DNA of 64,000 bases from contig CAVYSY010000039.1 in NCBI GenBank assembly GCA_963771175.1, forward strand, positions 288,001-352,000, given 5' to 3'. The position numbers and the translations under genes were made by a program. Shown piece after piece: positions 9,568 to 23,707 of this stretch. Numbering within the stretch: the first letter of the stretch is position 1; the number at the start of each line of letters is the position of its first letter. The notes under the pieces were generated by a model. The model saw only the letters and a program-made list of their open reading frames with translations. It ran no database searches and was not told the origin of the DNA. Source of the stretch: an uncultured delta proteobacterium (GTDB lineage Bacteria; Myxococcota; Myxococcia; Myxococcales; Myxococcaceae).

Positions 9568-10221
9568 ATGTCACAGACGCATATGCGGGGATTGGGAAGT
9601 GGGTGTCGGATCGTCGTCACCGGTGGACCCGGGGGCGGGAAGACGACCGCGGCGGACCTGTTCCGCCGGGAGATCGGCGAGCAGGTGGTCATCGTTCCCG
9701 AGGCGGCGACACTGCTCTTCTCCGGGGGCTTTCCGCGGGACCCGGCTCCACTCGCCCAGCGCGCGGCGCAGAGCGCCATCTACCACGTGCAGAAGAACCT
9801 CGAGGACGCGCAGTTGGTGCGCTATCCCGGCCGCATCCTGCTGTGTGACCGTGGCACCGTGGACGGCGCCGCCTACTGGCCCGGCCCGCGCGATGAGTAC
9901 TTCCGGGAGCTCGGAACCTCACTCGAGGCAGAGTTCGCCCGCTACGACGCCGTCATCTTCTTCGAGAGCGCCGCAGTGGGGGGCATTGGCATCGAGGGCG
10001 GCAACCCCGTGCGCAACGAGAATCTAGCCACCGCGGTCGCGTTGGATACCCGGCTGAGGGAGCTGTGGTCCCGGCACCCGCGCTACATCCTCATCCCCCA
10101 CTCCGCCTCGTTCCTCGACAAGGTGACCCGCGGAGTGCGCATCCTCGAGAAGCTCATCCAGGAGGTCCGGTGCGGGGGGACGGGCGACCCCGCTCCATTC
10201 CGGCCGTCAACGGAGGGCTGA
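9568..10221 (+). CDS. AAA_28 (NadR/Ttd14-like) P-loop NTPase
   Basis: RIVVTGGPGGGKTT Walker A, VPEAAT, LCDRGTVD. Confidence 0.8.
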   Translation: MSQTHMRGLGSGCRIVVTGGPGGGKTTAADLFRREIGEQVVIVPEAATLLFSGGFPRDPAPLAQRAAQSAIYHVQKNLEDAQLVRYPGRILLCDRGTVDGAAYWPGPRDEYFRELGTSLEAEFARYDAVIFFESAAVGGIGIEGGNPVRNENLATAVALDTRLRELWSRHPRYILIPHSASFLDKVTRGVRILEKLIQEVRCGGTGDPAPFRPSTEG

Positions 10222-11715
10222 CGACGACTCGGCCGATGCACGTCCTCCCGACAGGAACGTCCGCGGCGAGAGCAGCAACACGCCGGACTCGGGCATGGCC
10301 ACCTCGAGCTGGCGTCCCTTCCTCGTGACGCGGATGTCACGCTCCGCCAGCACGTCCTTCATGGCACCGCCGGCCCCCAGCGTCTTGAAGCGCTCGGGGA
10401 GCAGCAGCCGCCCCTTCGCCGCCCGGCCGAAGTTCAGGACGACGAGGACCGGCTCCTTCGCCGCGTCGTCGTACCGCACGTAGGCCAGGGCCGAGCGGTT
10501 GCCCTGCACAGGCACTGGCATCCAATTCCCGGACGCGAGCGCCGGGAGCGACTCGCGCAGATGGATGAGCTTCCGGTAGTGCTCGCGGAGCGCATGCGGG
10601 TCCTCCCAGGAGATGGGAGGCGGGTCCTGATACGGCTCGTACTCGGCACCGACCTCGTCGCCCGTGTAGACGATGGGGAGCCCGGGCAGGGTGAGCAGGA
10701 GCGCGGCGGCCACCCGCGTCGTGCCCGGCCCGTGGCGTCCGATGAAGCGCTTCGCGGTGTCGTTGTTGTTGATGAACCGGGCCACCTTGTCGACGGGCGT
10801 CTTCCCCGTCTGGATGGCTGCATACAGATTGGGAGCCACCTCGTTCTTGTTCTCGAAGACCTTCTCCCAGGCCCAGTGCCCCAGGCTGGCGCTCCAATCG
10901 TAAGCCGAGTTGAACCCATGCCTCACGAAGTAGGGGTCGTGCGCACTCGCCTCCGCGAGCAGGTACACGTCGGGCTTCACCTCGCGCAGCTCCGTGGCGA
11001 GCTGGCACCAGAACTCGGGCCGACGCTCCTTCACCCCCCAGGCCACGTCCACGCGGAAGCCGTCCACGTCGTATTCGCGGACCCAGTACAGGAAGGCCTC
11101 CTTCATCATCTCGGAGACCTTCTGGTTGTCGTAGTTCAGGTTCGGCAGGTGCTTCCAGTCGAAGTAGTGCGTCACCTGGCCTTTGCCGTCACGGTCGTAG
11201 AAGTCGTAGTACGGCGAGTCCTTCCCCTTCTCGAGGACGTCCCGGTAGTACGGGTGCTCGTTCGAGGTGTGGTTCGGGACGAAGTCCATCATCACCTTGA
11301 TGCCGCGGGCGTGAGCCTGCGCCACCAGCTCCTTGAGCTCGGCCTTCGTCCCGTAGTCGGAGCGCACGTCGAAGTAGTCGGTGACGGCGTAGCCGAAGTC
11401 CCCCCCGTCGAGGGTCTTGTTCACGGGCGACAGCCAGAGGGCGTCGATGCCCAGGTCGCGCAGGTAGTCCAGCTTCTGGGTGACGTCCCGGAATGGCTGC
11501 TCGCCAAAGAGGGGCGGGACGACACCGTAGACGACGCCGCCGCGAACCCAGTCGGGATCGCTCACGGGACCGCAGGTGGGGGCGGAGGCCGTGGGAGCGG
11601 CCACGTGGGCAGCGGCGCCAGACTGCGCGAGCGCTGCCCCGGAATGGAGACCGCCGAGGGAGACCAACCCGACGGTCAGGAGAGCGACGAGGCTTCGTGG
11701 AATCAAGTGGAGCAT
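10207..11715 (-). CDS. Secreted GH13 alpha-amylase family glycosidase
   Basis: Signal peptide ending ALA-Q; GH13 regions DFVPNH, DGFRVDVA, LAEA and FINNND. Confidence 0.92.
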   Translation of the reverse strand: MLHLIPRSLVALLTVGLVSLGGLHSGAALAQSGAAAHVAAPTASAPTCGPVSDPDWVRGGVVYGVVPPLFGEQPFRDVTQKLDYLRDLGIDALWLSPVNKTLDGGDFGYAVTDYFDVRSDYGTKAELKELVAQAHARGIKVMMDFVPNHTSNEHPYYRDVLEKGKDSPYYDFYDRDGKGQVTHYFDWKHLPNLNYDNQKVSEMMKEAFLYWVREYDVDGFRVDVAWGVKERRPEFWCQLATELREVKPDVYLLAEASAHDPYFVRHGFNSAYDWSASLGHWAWEKVFENKNEVAPNLYAAIQTGKTPVDKVARFINNNDTAKRFIGRHGPGTTRVAAALLLTLPGLPIVYTGDEVGAEYEPYQDPPPISWEDPHALREHYRKLIHLRESLPALASGNWMPVPVQGNRSALAYVRYDDAAKEPVLVVLNFGRAAKGRLLLPERFKTLGAGGAMKDVLAERDIRVTRKGRQLEVAMPESGVLLLSPRTFLSGGRASAESSSALR

Positions 11716-11859
11716 GGGAAGGCAGCGGGCCGGACATCGGCCGATGCCCGGAAACCGCACATCGGGCGAGAAATCTTCCGCCCCCCACCTGCTCTCCTGC
11801 TCACCTGGCGCCCAGGGGGGCTCTTGCTACAGCAGGAAGTCCTCTCTCCCGCGCCCGGC

Positions 11860-12345
11860 CTAGTGGCGACGGGCCTCGGCACCGGGCTTCGCGGCCTCGG
11901 CAGGGGGTTGGACGCCGGGGCTGACGCCCGCCCCCAGCTGGGGCGCCATGCCCAGGTTGCGCAGCATGCCGTACACGTCCCAGTTCACCCATTGCTCGCG
12001 CTGCTTCTCGCCGGACATGCGGATGATCTCGATGCCGGTGACGGAGCCGCTGCGGTTCGTCGCGGGGTTCCCCAGAATCTCGCCGCGGTTCGTGCCCGTC
12101 GCCGTCCAGCGCACCGTAGCGCTGTCGCCGGAGACGAGGATCTCGTCGAGGCGGAAGCGGACGTCGGGGAAGGCGTTGCGGATGGTGCGCACGAACTGCT
12201 TGAAGCCCTCCCGGTCCAGATCAGCACTCAGCACATCGTGGTAGCGGAAGTCCGGCGTGCAGTGCGTGCTGATGAAGTCCACGTTGCCCTTGTGCCACAC
12301 CTCCTCGAAGAACTCGCGAGTGAGGTTTGCGATGTCGATGGCCAT
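11860..12345 (-). CDS. SnoaL-like ester cyclase
   Basis: FFEEVWHKGN, AFPDVRF, VRWTATGTNRGEILGNPATNR, WDVYGMLRNLG. Confidence 0.9.
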   Translation of the reverse strand: MAIDIANLTREFFEEVWHKGNVDFISTHCTPDFRYHDVLSADLDREGFKQFVRTIRNAFPDVRFRLDEILVSGDSATVRWTATGTNRGEILGNPATNRSGSVTGIEIIRMSGEKQREQWVNWDVYGMLRNLGMAPQLGAGVSPGVQPPAEAAKPGAEARRH

Positions 12346-12584
12346 GATGCGGTGCCCCTTCGTGTGTGCTGGGCCCCTCCCCGCACGTAATATGGGGGCG
12401 TAGCCCCTGCGCGACACCGCCACTCGGGAGCAATGCGATCCAGCGGAGGAGCCACCCCTCCCGCGCGCCCGGGGCCTGCGGGGAGTCGAGCCGCCGTGCT
12501 CGCGCTCCCCCAAGCGGATCCGAGGCCGGAAGAAGTGAGCCCCCCGCCGGTGGCTGCCCGGCCGCTTCATCTCCTCTTACGTCT

Positions 12585-13646
12585 TCACTTCCCTTTCACA
12601 CGGGACACCCAGTCCTCCAGGGTCTCGAGGCTGCATCCGGAGGAGGTGTCCTCCTCGCTTACCCCCAGCGCATCGATGATCTGCGCGCAGCTGCAGCCGG
12701 CGGTGTCTGTGAGGGAGAAGTGTCGTCCCGGCTCGCCTTCGTTCGGCGATGTCGTGTTGAAGCGCCCATCGCCGTCGGTGTCCGCGAAGCGGTCCACGCC
12801 CGGCTGGCCCGAAGGAAGGGACTCGGGGAGCACGGTTCCCTCGCAGCGGTCCGCGCTATCGCAGACACCGTCCTTGTCGGTGTCAGTGCAGGTATCGCGG
12901 CAACAGAGCACGCCGCCAAAGCGGGAGCCCGTCTTGATGGCCGTGTACGCCTCGCACAGGCCGTTGTCATCGGCGTCCGTCGGGGCGTCACACGACCACG
13001 GCGAGCCAGCGAGCCCCGCGCACAGGTCGTCCGAGAACCGGTTGAGGACGCCACAGGTGGCCTCGGTTCCGAAGTTGCCGCAGCCGAAGAAGTCGTTTGA
13101 CGTCCGCGCGGTCTGCATACAGCCCTCGGTGCAACTCGCGGAGTCGCACTCCGGACCCGTCGAGGTCCCGTTGGCGCACACGGCGCAGCCGTTGGTGCTC
13201 TGCCGGGTGGCGAAGAAGAGAGGTTTGTCCCCCTCACGGGTCGCTCCCTCGCAGCCAGTGGCGGAGCGACTCGCGACCTCGGCGTCGCTCGTGCAGACGT
13301 GCCACCCGGGCGCGCAGAGGTCGGCCACGTTGCACCTGGCTCCTCCCGGACGCGGGCCATCGTCACCACCCTGGCGGCCGCAGGCGGGAGTCAGGGTGTC
13401 GAAAGTGGCGAGGCCGGGGCAGGCCGGGGCCTCGCCCGGGTTCTCCGTGTGCAGCCCGGGAATCCGCCATGCCCCGGCGCACCCCGCGATATCCGGCCAG
13501 CGAGAGATGTCCCGGAATCCCTCTCGCTGACGATCCGCGCAGCCGCTCGCGTCGGAGGGGTGGGCATACCCTGGCGCGGCCACCACCAGCAGAGCACTAA
13601 AGACAAGACCGCAGGCCAGACGAACATGTCGTCGCAGTGTGTTCAT
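12585..13646 (-). CDS. Cysteine-rich secreted protein with C-terminal TSP3-like Ca-binding motif
   Basis: Signal peptide (AAPGYA-H), many Cys residues, DTDKDGVCDSADRC and DTDGDG motifs. Confidence 0.8.
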   Translation of the reverse strand: MNTLRRHVRLACGLVFSALLVVAAPGYAHPSDASGCADRQREGFRDISRWPDIAGCAGAWRIPGLHTENPGEAPACPGLATFDTLTPACGRQGGDDGPRPGGARCNVADLCAPGWHVCTSDAEVASRSATGCEGATREGDKPLFFATRQSTNGCAVCANGTSTGPECDSASCTEGCMQTARTSNDFFGCGNFGTEATCGVLNRFSDDLCAGLAGSPWSCDAPTDADDNGLCEAYTAIKTGSRFGGVLCCRDTCTDTDKDGVCDSADRCEGTVLPESLPSGQPGVDRFADTDGDGRFNTTSPNEGEPGRHFSLTDTAGCSCAQIIDALGVSEEDTSSGCSLETLEDWVSRVKGK

Positions 13647-13844
13647 ACGCCCCCCCCGAATCCGGGCAGGCTCCGAGGAGCGAGCCTTCCGGTGATTGTT
13701 TGAGGCCAGAGAGATGAAGCGCGGGCCCCGCCCCCACAACCCGTCTCGGGGACCGTGGCCTCCACTTGGTGGAGGACAATTCGAGACGGGCCAAGGGAGT
13801 CATGGCGTCCCAGGTTCTTGATGACGGCCGCTCGCGACTCCCGG

Positions 13845-14642
13845 TCAATCCACGAGCGAGCCACAAGTCAGGTTGGCGATGGCGCCGGTCATCGCGCTGG
13901 CGCGATCCGAGGCCACGAAGGCCGCGAAGTTCGCGACTTCGGCGAGTGTCGGAAGGCGCTTCAGCAACGTGCCGGTGCGCGCATGTTCCGCCAGCATGTC
14001 CTCGACGGTGGTGCCGGCTTGCTTCGCGAGGCCGCTGAAGACTTCGCGGGTGTGCGATGTGCTCACCGCTTCGGGAATCGCATCTGGCCGCAGGCAGATG
14101 ACGCGGATGCCGCTGGGGCCGAGCTCACCCGCCAGGATGCGGGAGAACGTCTCGATGGCCCCACACGCCACGCCTATGCCCATGAACCCCGGACCCGACA
14201 AGCGCGATCCCGGTGTTGACAGCGTGAGGATCACTCCCGAGCGTTGCTTCACCATGTGCCGCGCGACAGCCTTCGCCGTGAGGAAATGCGTTCGCGTATA
14301 GGCCGTGATCGGATGCGCGAAGTCTTGGAAGGACAGCTCCGCGAGCGGCGTCCCCTGCACGTGAACGATGCCGACAGCGTTGAGCGCGATGTCGATGCCG
14401 CCCGCGTTCGCCGCCACCGCATCGGCGTGCTCGTCGATGGCGTTCTCGTCAAGAGCGTCGACTTGCGCGGTCTCGGCCAGGCCTCCCGCGGCGGAAATCT
14501 CCCGGGCCACCTGATCAAGCTTGGAGAGAGTGCGCCCGGCAAGGAAGACCTTCGCTCCCTCACGTGCGAAGGCACGGGCTACCGCGCCGCCGATCGCACC
14601 ACCGCCTCCGTAGATCACGGCGTTCTTGTTCTGAAGCAGCAT
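13845..14642 (-). CDS. Short-chain dehydrogenase/reductase
   Basis: MLLQNKNAVIYGGGGAIG Rossmann motif, GGIDIALNAVG, ELGPSGIRV, ASDRASAMTG; AAGGAG RBS. Confidence 0.92.
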   Translation of the reverse strand: MLLQNKNAVIYGGGGAIGGAVARAFAREGAKVFLAGRTLSKLDQVAREISAAGGLAETAQVDALDENAIDEHADAVAANAGGIDIALNAVGIVHVQGTPLAELSFQDFAHPITAYTRTHFLTAKAVARHMVKQRSGVILTLSTPGSRLSGPGFMGIGVACGAIETFSRILAGELGPSGIRVICLRPDAIPEAVSTSHTREVFSGLAKQAGTTVEDMLAEHARTGTLLKRLPTLAEVANFAAFVASDRASAMTGAIANLTCGSLVD

Positions 14643-14788
14643 TGCATTCTCCTTGGCATCAGGTTTTCTGGCCAAGGATGTCGGGGCAGGCAATCCCGCG
14701 ACATGTACCTCTGTCGCCTTATGGGAATTGCGCAACACCCTGAGGCCGCGGACCGCCGAGCCGATCGAATTCGGACCCAAGCCGAACG

Positions 14789-14890
14789 TGAGGTGCCGGC
14801 GATGAGGCCGAAGATGCCGGCGTGATCCAGCTTGCGCATGCGCTCCCGCGCGGCGTGGCTCCACGTGGGCCGGTGGTACAGCGTCGAGAG
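14789..14890 (-). pseudogene. Hemolysin III (HlyIII/TrhA, PAQR) gene remnant
   Basis: Translates LSTLYHRPTWSHAARERMRKLDHAGIFGLIAGT, the SxxYH...RxLDHxxIFxxIAGT signature; no N- or C-terminal parts present. Confidence 0.75.
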
Positions 14891-14912
14891 CCCGCGGTGA
14901 GCCCGCTTCCGC

Positions 14913-16412
14913 TCAGCGCAGGGGCAGGCCCACCATCGCCTCGGCGAAACGCTCGAACACCTGGCTCGCCGTGAGCGCGGGCTGCTCGTCGATGTTGCCC
15001 AGCATCAACGCGAAGACGACGCGCGGGTGCTCGGGATCATGCGGGCGCTCGGCGATGCCCACGTAGGCCTTCTGCCCCGACAGCGTCCCCGTCTTCGCGC
15101 GGATGCGTCCCCGCATCCCGTCGGTCACCACGCTGCCCGCGAGCGTGCCGTCCACGCCCGCGATGGGCAGGCTCTCCACCAGCGCGCTCGCGTACGGCTC
15201 CTTCAGGCTCGTGTAGATGACCTCCACCAGCCCGCGCGCCGTGGCCACGTTGTAGCGCGACAGCCCGCTGCCATCCGCCGGCCGCAGCAGCCGCGTCGAG
15301 ATGCCCCGGCGCGCCAATTCCCGCGCCATGGCCTCGCGCAGCGCGGGGTAGCTCTCGGTGCCCGTGCGCTCGCGGGTGAAGCCCAGGCCCAGCCGCTCGG
15401 CATAGAGGTTGAGCGACTCCTTGTTCGTCACCTTCACCAGCTCGGCCATGGACGGGCTGACGAACTCGAGGAGCGCCTCGCTCGTGGTGGCCGAGGGCAC
15501 GGCGGCCGTCCGCGGCGGAGTGGGCATGCGCCAGATGCCGCGCACGGCCAGCGCCTCTTCCACGCAGGAGGTGAAGAGCGACTGGGGCTCGTCGATGGCG
15601 ATGCGCATGGACGCCTGGCGCGGACACTGCTCCGCGGTCGAGCGCCACACGCAGCGCACCCGTCCGCTGCCCCGCTCGCGCACGCAGCCGAGCCCGGCCC
15701 TCTGGGCATTCGGGTCGAGGTACACGACGGTCGAGGGCGCGCCGAAGGCCGGCGAGTAGCGCACCACCACGGGCATCCGCGGCTGGGACACGCAGTCCTG
15801 CCCCTCGGGGCGCTCCAGCGACAGGTCCACCACGTTCTCGCGGAAGACGAAGGGCGTCGGGGCCGCGCTGTAGGCATAGGCCGCGTCGTCCCACGCCCAG
15901 CCGGGGCCGAACAGACCATAGAGCCCCTCGTCGGCGTTGCTCACCCGCACCGCCCCGTGCCACTGCCGGATGCCCCTGGCCTGGAGGGCCTCGGCGACCT
16001 GCTCGCAGGCCATGGTGGTCTCGGGAAAGCGCCACGAGCCCAGCGACGGGTCTCCCGACGCCTCCACCACGAGATCCCCGAGGAAGAGGTTGCCCAGCTG
16101 GGTGCCCTCGAGCCGCACCGGGGTGTGGAAGCGGTAGTCCGCCCCGAACGCGGAGAGCGCCGCGGAGGTGGACACCACCTTCATCGTCGACGCGGGCAGC
16201 AGGCGCACGTGCTCGCGGCGCGCGTAGAGCGGCACGCCCGTCCGTGCGTCCACCAGGAAGACGCTCGCCGTCGTGCCCTCGAGCTCCACGGACTCGAAGA
16301 GCGCGTTGGCCACCGAGGTCAGCGAGGGCGGAGGCGGACGGGTCGCACGGGGGAGACAGGCCGAGAGCGCGAGGGCGGCCAGCAGGAGCGGCGCGAGCGG
16401 GAGACGGCGCAT
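14913..16412 (-). CDS. dacB: D-alanyl-D-alanine carboxypeptidase/endopeptidase (peptidase S13), lipoprotein
   Basis: Lipobox LSAC; PASTMK (SxxK), KESLN (SxN), DGSGLSRYN and AKTGTL (KTG). Confidence 0.93.
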   Translation of the reverse strand: MRRLPLAPLLLAALALSACLPRATRPPPPSLTSVANALFESVELEGTTASVFLVDARTGVPLYARREHVRLLPASTMKVVSTSAALSAFGADYRFHTPVRLEGTQLGNLFLGDLVVEASGDPSLGSWRFPETTMACEQVAEALQARGIRQWHGAVRVSNADEGLYGLFGPGWAWDDAAYAYSAAPTPFVFRENVVDLSLERPEGQDCVSQPRMPVVVRYSPAFGAPSTVVYLDPNAQRAGLGCVRERGSGRVRCVWRSTAEQCPRQASMRIAIDEPQSLFTSCVEEALAVRGIWRMPTPPRTAAVPSATTSEALLEFVSPSMAELVKVTNKESLNLYAERLGLGFTRERTGTESYPALREAMARELARRGISTRLLRPADGSGLSRYNVATARGLVEVIYTSLKEPYASALVESLPIAGVDGTLAGSVVTDGMRGRIRAKTGTLSGQKAYVGIAERPHDPEHPRVVFALMLGNIDEQPALTASQVFERFAEAMVGLPLR

Positions 16413-16602
16413 GGGCCCAAGGTACCGTCCCCTGCCCCGGGCGTCGACGTCGAGGAGTGACACGGTGTGGAGCTTCCGTGCGCATGTCCACATGGGAAGC
16501 GAGGGAGCGGCCCGGGAGTTCTCGCGGAGGCCCTCGCTGGTAAATCATGCTATTCCTTGTTCCCTCTCATTCCTGCCCTCAGCGGAAGGCATGGTCCCGG
16601 CG

Positions 16603-19600
16603 ATGAGTGACGACGAGCAGACAGCGCTTCTCGATGAACGCAGTCGGAGTCGCACGCCCATCACCACCCCGGGCATCCCCATGGGCGCGCGGCGCTCGCT
16701 CGAACCGGGCATGTGGGTGACGGGCCGCTACCTCATCCAGGAGCAGCTCGGCGAAGGCGGCATGGGCCGCATCTGGCTCGCCGAGGACGTGCAGGAGCAC
16801 CGCCGCGTCGCCCTCAAGGAGATGCAGGTTCCCGCGGGCCTGCCGCCCAACAAGGTCGAGGAGCTCGTGCTGATGTTCCGCCACGAGTTCTTCGCGATGA
16901 AGCGACTCCAGCATCCGGGCACCCTCAAGGTCTTCGACTGCGGGATGACGGAGTCCGGCAACCGCTTCATCACCATGGAGGTGGTGGGCGGTCAGGACCT
17001 CAGCACGCGGGTGCGCGAGACGGTGCTCGACACCGGCACCGTCTACCGCATCCTCATCCAGATGGCGCAGGTGCTCGCCTTCATCCACTCGCGCCTGTAC
17101 GTGCACTGCGACATCAAGGCCAACAACGTCCGCATCACCGAGTCCGGCGCGGTGAAGCTGATGGACTTCGGGGTGATGCACCAGCTCGGCACCCCGAGGT
17201 CCAGCCGCATCAAGGGCACCCTGCAGTACCTCGCCCCCGAGTGGCAGCGCGGTGCCAGCATCGACGGACGCGCGGACCTCTACTCGCTGGGGGTGATGGC
17301 CTTCTACATGGCCACGCGGCAGCTCCCCTTCAAGGGCCGCAACCCGACGGCCCTGCTGGCGGACCACCTCTCCCGTCCCCCGCCGCGCCCCTCCAGCTTC
17401 TGCCCGGTGGATCCGCAGCTCGAGGAGATCATCCTCCTGCTGCTGGCCAAGGACCCGCGCGATCGCTTCCAGGACGCCTCCGAGCTGCTGGAGGCGCTGT
17501 GCCACGCCAGCGGCGAGCCGCTGCCGGAGGAGCCGCTGTCGGCACGCGCCAGCTACCTGCACGTCCCGGAGGTGGTGGGACGCCAGGAGGACCTGGGGCA
17601 GCTCCTGGAAGCACTCTGGGAGGCCGACCGGAGCCAGTCTCGCGCGGTGCTGCTGGGGGCGCCCGCGGGCGTGGGCAAGTCCCGCCTGCTGCAGGAGCTC
17701 GAGCTGCAGGCGCAGCTCTCCGAGATTCCCTTCGGGGTGGGCCAGTGCCGCGCGGAAGGACTGGCGCCGATGGAGCCCATCGTCCAGGCGCTGCGCGTGC
17801 TGGTGCCTCGCACCCCGGCGGAGCTGCTGACGCGGCTGGGGCCCCTGCTGGGCAAGCTGGTGCCGACGCTCGCCACCGCGCCGGCGCCCGTCTTCCAGGA
17901 CGCGGGCGCGGAGAAGATGGCCGTCTTCGGAGCCCTCACCGAGTGGCTCCAGGCGCTGGGACGCCAGTTCACCTTCGTCCTCTGCCTCGAGGACCTGCAC
18001 TGGGCGGACGCCGCCTCCCTGGAGGTGCTCAACGTCATCATCCGCGCGCTGCACGGCACGCGGGGGATGGTGGTGGGGGCCTTCCGCTCGAACGAGCTGA
18101 ACCGGCTGAGCCTCGCCTTCGCGACGGTGGACGAGGGGCTCACCTCGCGCCTGGAGCTCACCCCGCTGACGGAGGAGCACCTCGACAAGCTGGTGCGCCT
18201 GGTGCTGCCCGGCCTGGACGTGCCCGCGGGCTTCGTGGCCCGGCTGCACGCCATCACCGGCGGCAATGCCTTCTTCGCCACCGAGTGTCTGCGTGCGCTG
18301 GTGGAAGAAGGCGTGCTGCGTGCGCGTGGGCGGCCGCTGGAGCATGCAGGGAGACCTGGAGGCGCATCCGCTGCCGGGGAGCATCCGCGAGGCGGTGCTG
18401 GCACGACTGGCCACCCTGCCCGGGGATCGGGTGGCGTTGCTGCGGCGACTGGCCCCGGCGGGGCGCAGCCTGGAATTGCCGCTGGTGCGCGCCCTGGCGG
18501 ACCTGCCCGAGGCGGAGCTGTTCCAGGCGCTCGACGAGATGGTGGAGCGGCAGTTCCTCCAGCGCGTGGAGGGCCGCTGCGTCTTCACCCACGACACCGT
18601 CCACGAGTCGCTCCAGGAGAGCACTCCGGAGGCGGAGCGGCGGGCGCACCACGGTCGCATCGCCGAGGTCCTCCAGCGGCTCGGGGGCAACCGGCCGGGC
18701 GTGGCGCGGGCGGTGGGCTACCACTTCGCGCGCTCGGACGAGCCGCAGCGCGCCATCGTCCCGCTGCTGCGCGCCGGGCAGGCCGCTATCGAGACCAAGG
18801 CCCTGCTGGACGCCACGCTGGTGCTGAAGGAGGCCGCCGCGCTGCTCGAGACCGGGCCCCGCACGTCCGAGCGCGAGGAGCAACTCATCCGCACCTGGGT
18901 GACGCTCATCGAGATCGGTTACACGAGCGACCCGCCCACCTCGCTCCTCTACGCGGAGAAGCTCTTCGCCTACTGGGCGGACACGGTGGACCTCGGCGAG
19001 GGCCGGAGGGAGGCGGTGGAGCGGCTGGCCGCGGCGTACGCGAGCCCGGAGGCCGAGCGAGCCGAGCAGCTCCGGAGCGGCATCCGGGAGATTCAGCTCG
19101 GCGCCCGGATGGAGCCCGCGGACGTCTTCTGCAAGAAAGCGGAGCTGCAGATCCTCCAGAGCATCGCGCTGGCCATCATGGGGCGCACGGCGGAGTTCCA
19201 CGCGCTGCTGGAGCGAGTGCGGGCCGATTATCCGCCGGAGTGCCCCTACCGCGCCGGCGCCCTCATCGCGCGAGGAGGGCTCAGCGCGCACACGGGCCGC
19301 TTCGCGGACGTGATGGAGGCGCAGCGCGAGGAGGTGGATCGGCTGCGCGCCTTCCGCGACGCAGTGGTGCGCCCGCCCCGACGACTGGCGTGGGCGCTCG
19401 GCATGGGCTGCTACTTCTTGAACATGAACCTGGCCCTGAGCGGCAGGCCGCTCGACACGGTGGCCACGCGGGACGGGTTCACCGTGGCGGACACCTACGG
19501 CTACACGGATCTGCGCATCTACCACCTGCAATCGCAGATCGTCCGAGCCTCCTTCATCGGCGATGCCTCGGCCTTCGTCCCGCCCTTCACGGAGAAGCAG

Positions 19601-20293
19601 GAGCTCATCCGGCGCCTGGGCCACCCGCGCCTCCCCGAGCGGAACCTCGCCATCTACACGCCGCCCTACTACCTGGAGCGCGGCGAGCACGAATGGGTGG
19701 CCGCGGTGGTGGCCAAGGGCGAGCAGCTCGCCAAGGTGCTACCCGGGGACCGCTGGCTGAAGCTGTACGTGCTGGTGTACTCGGCGTGCCGGGATGTCCT
19801 CTTCGAGGACGCGGCCGCCGCGCGCGAGTCGCTGCCGAAGGCGCTGGAGGCCGCACGCGCGGGAGACTTCCGGATGGAGACGCTGGTGCGCGTCTACCAG
19901 TCCCGCTTCGAGTTGGCGCAGGGCAATCCGGAGGCCGCGCGCGAGGCCGCGGAGGCGGCGCTCCTGCGAGCCACGGACCCGGTGCTCACCAACCCCTTCG
20001 ACGAGATCCTCTCCCGCCGCGCGCTGGCTCCGCTGGTGCCGGAGGACGAGGGAGACGCGCACCTGACCCACGCGCGCTCGCTGGCCGAGGCCACGGGCAA
20101 CGTGCTGCAGGTGGGGCTGGTGAACCTCGCCCTCGCGGAGCGGTGGCTGGAGCGAGAGCCCACCCGGGCAGCCGGGGCACTCGAGGCAGCGGAGCGGGCC
20201 CTCACCGCCGCGAAGGCCAGCGCGCTGCTCCCGCGGGTGGCGGCCATCCGCGGGGAGCTGCGGCCCGAGGCCAAGGCGCGGCAGCCGGCGTGA
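16603..20293 (+). CDS. Ser/Thr kinase-STAND ATPase-helical repeat protein (apparent frameshift near 18320)
   Basis: [40 protein letters not shown]. The 16273 and 18266 ORFs join at GVLR/RVGGRW. Confidence 0.85.
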
Positions 20294-20318
20294 GCGACAC
20301 GCCGGCCCCGCCCCTTTC

Positions 20319-23552
<3,234 letters not shown>

Positions 23553-23707
23553 CGAGGGGGGCCCAATAGCAACGTTCGCCCCCGCTTGCACCAATCGTGT
23601 GTGTCGCGATACCTGGAGGGCGGGAAGTGATGCCCGCTCGGCGGCAGGGGTGGTCGGCCTCGGGCGCCGGCTCCTCTGCTAGTGTTGGCGCGTTTTCCGG
23701 AGGTCTC

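Noticed and set aside
1..16412. Left accessory block as a prophage or integrative element
   Set aside because: No integrase, transposase, phage structural genes or att repeats seen within the window.
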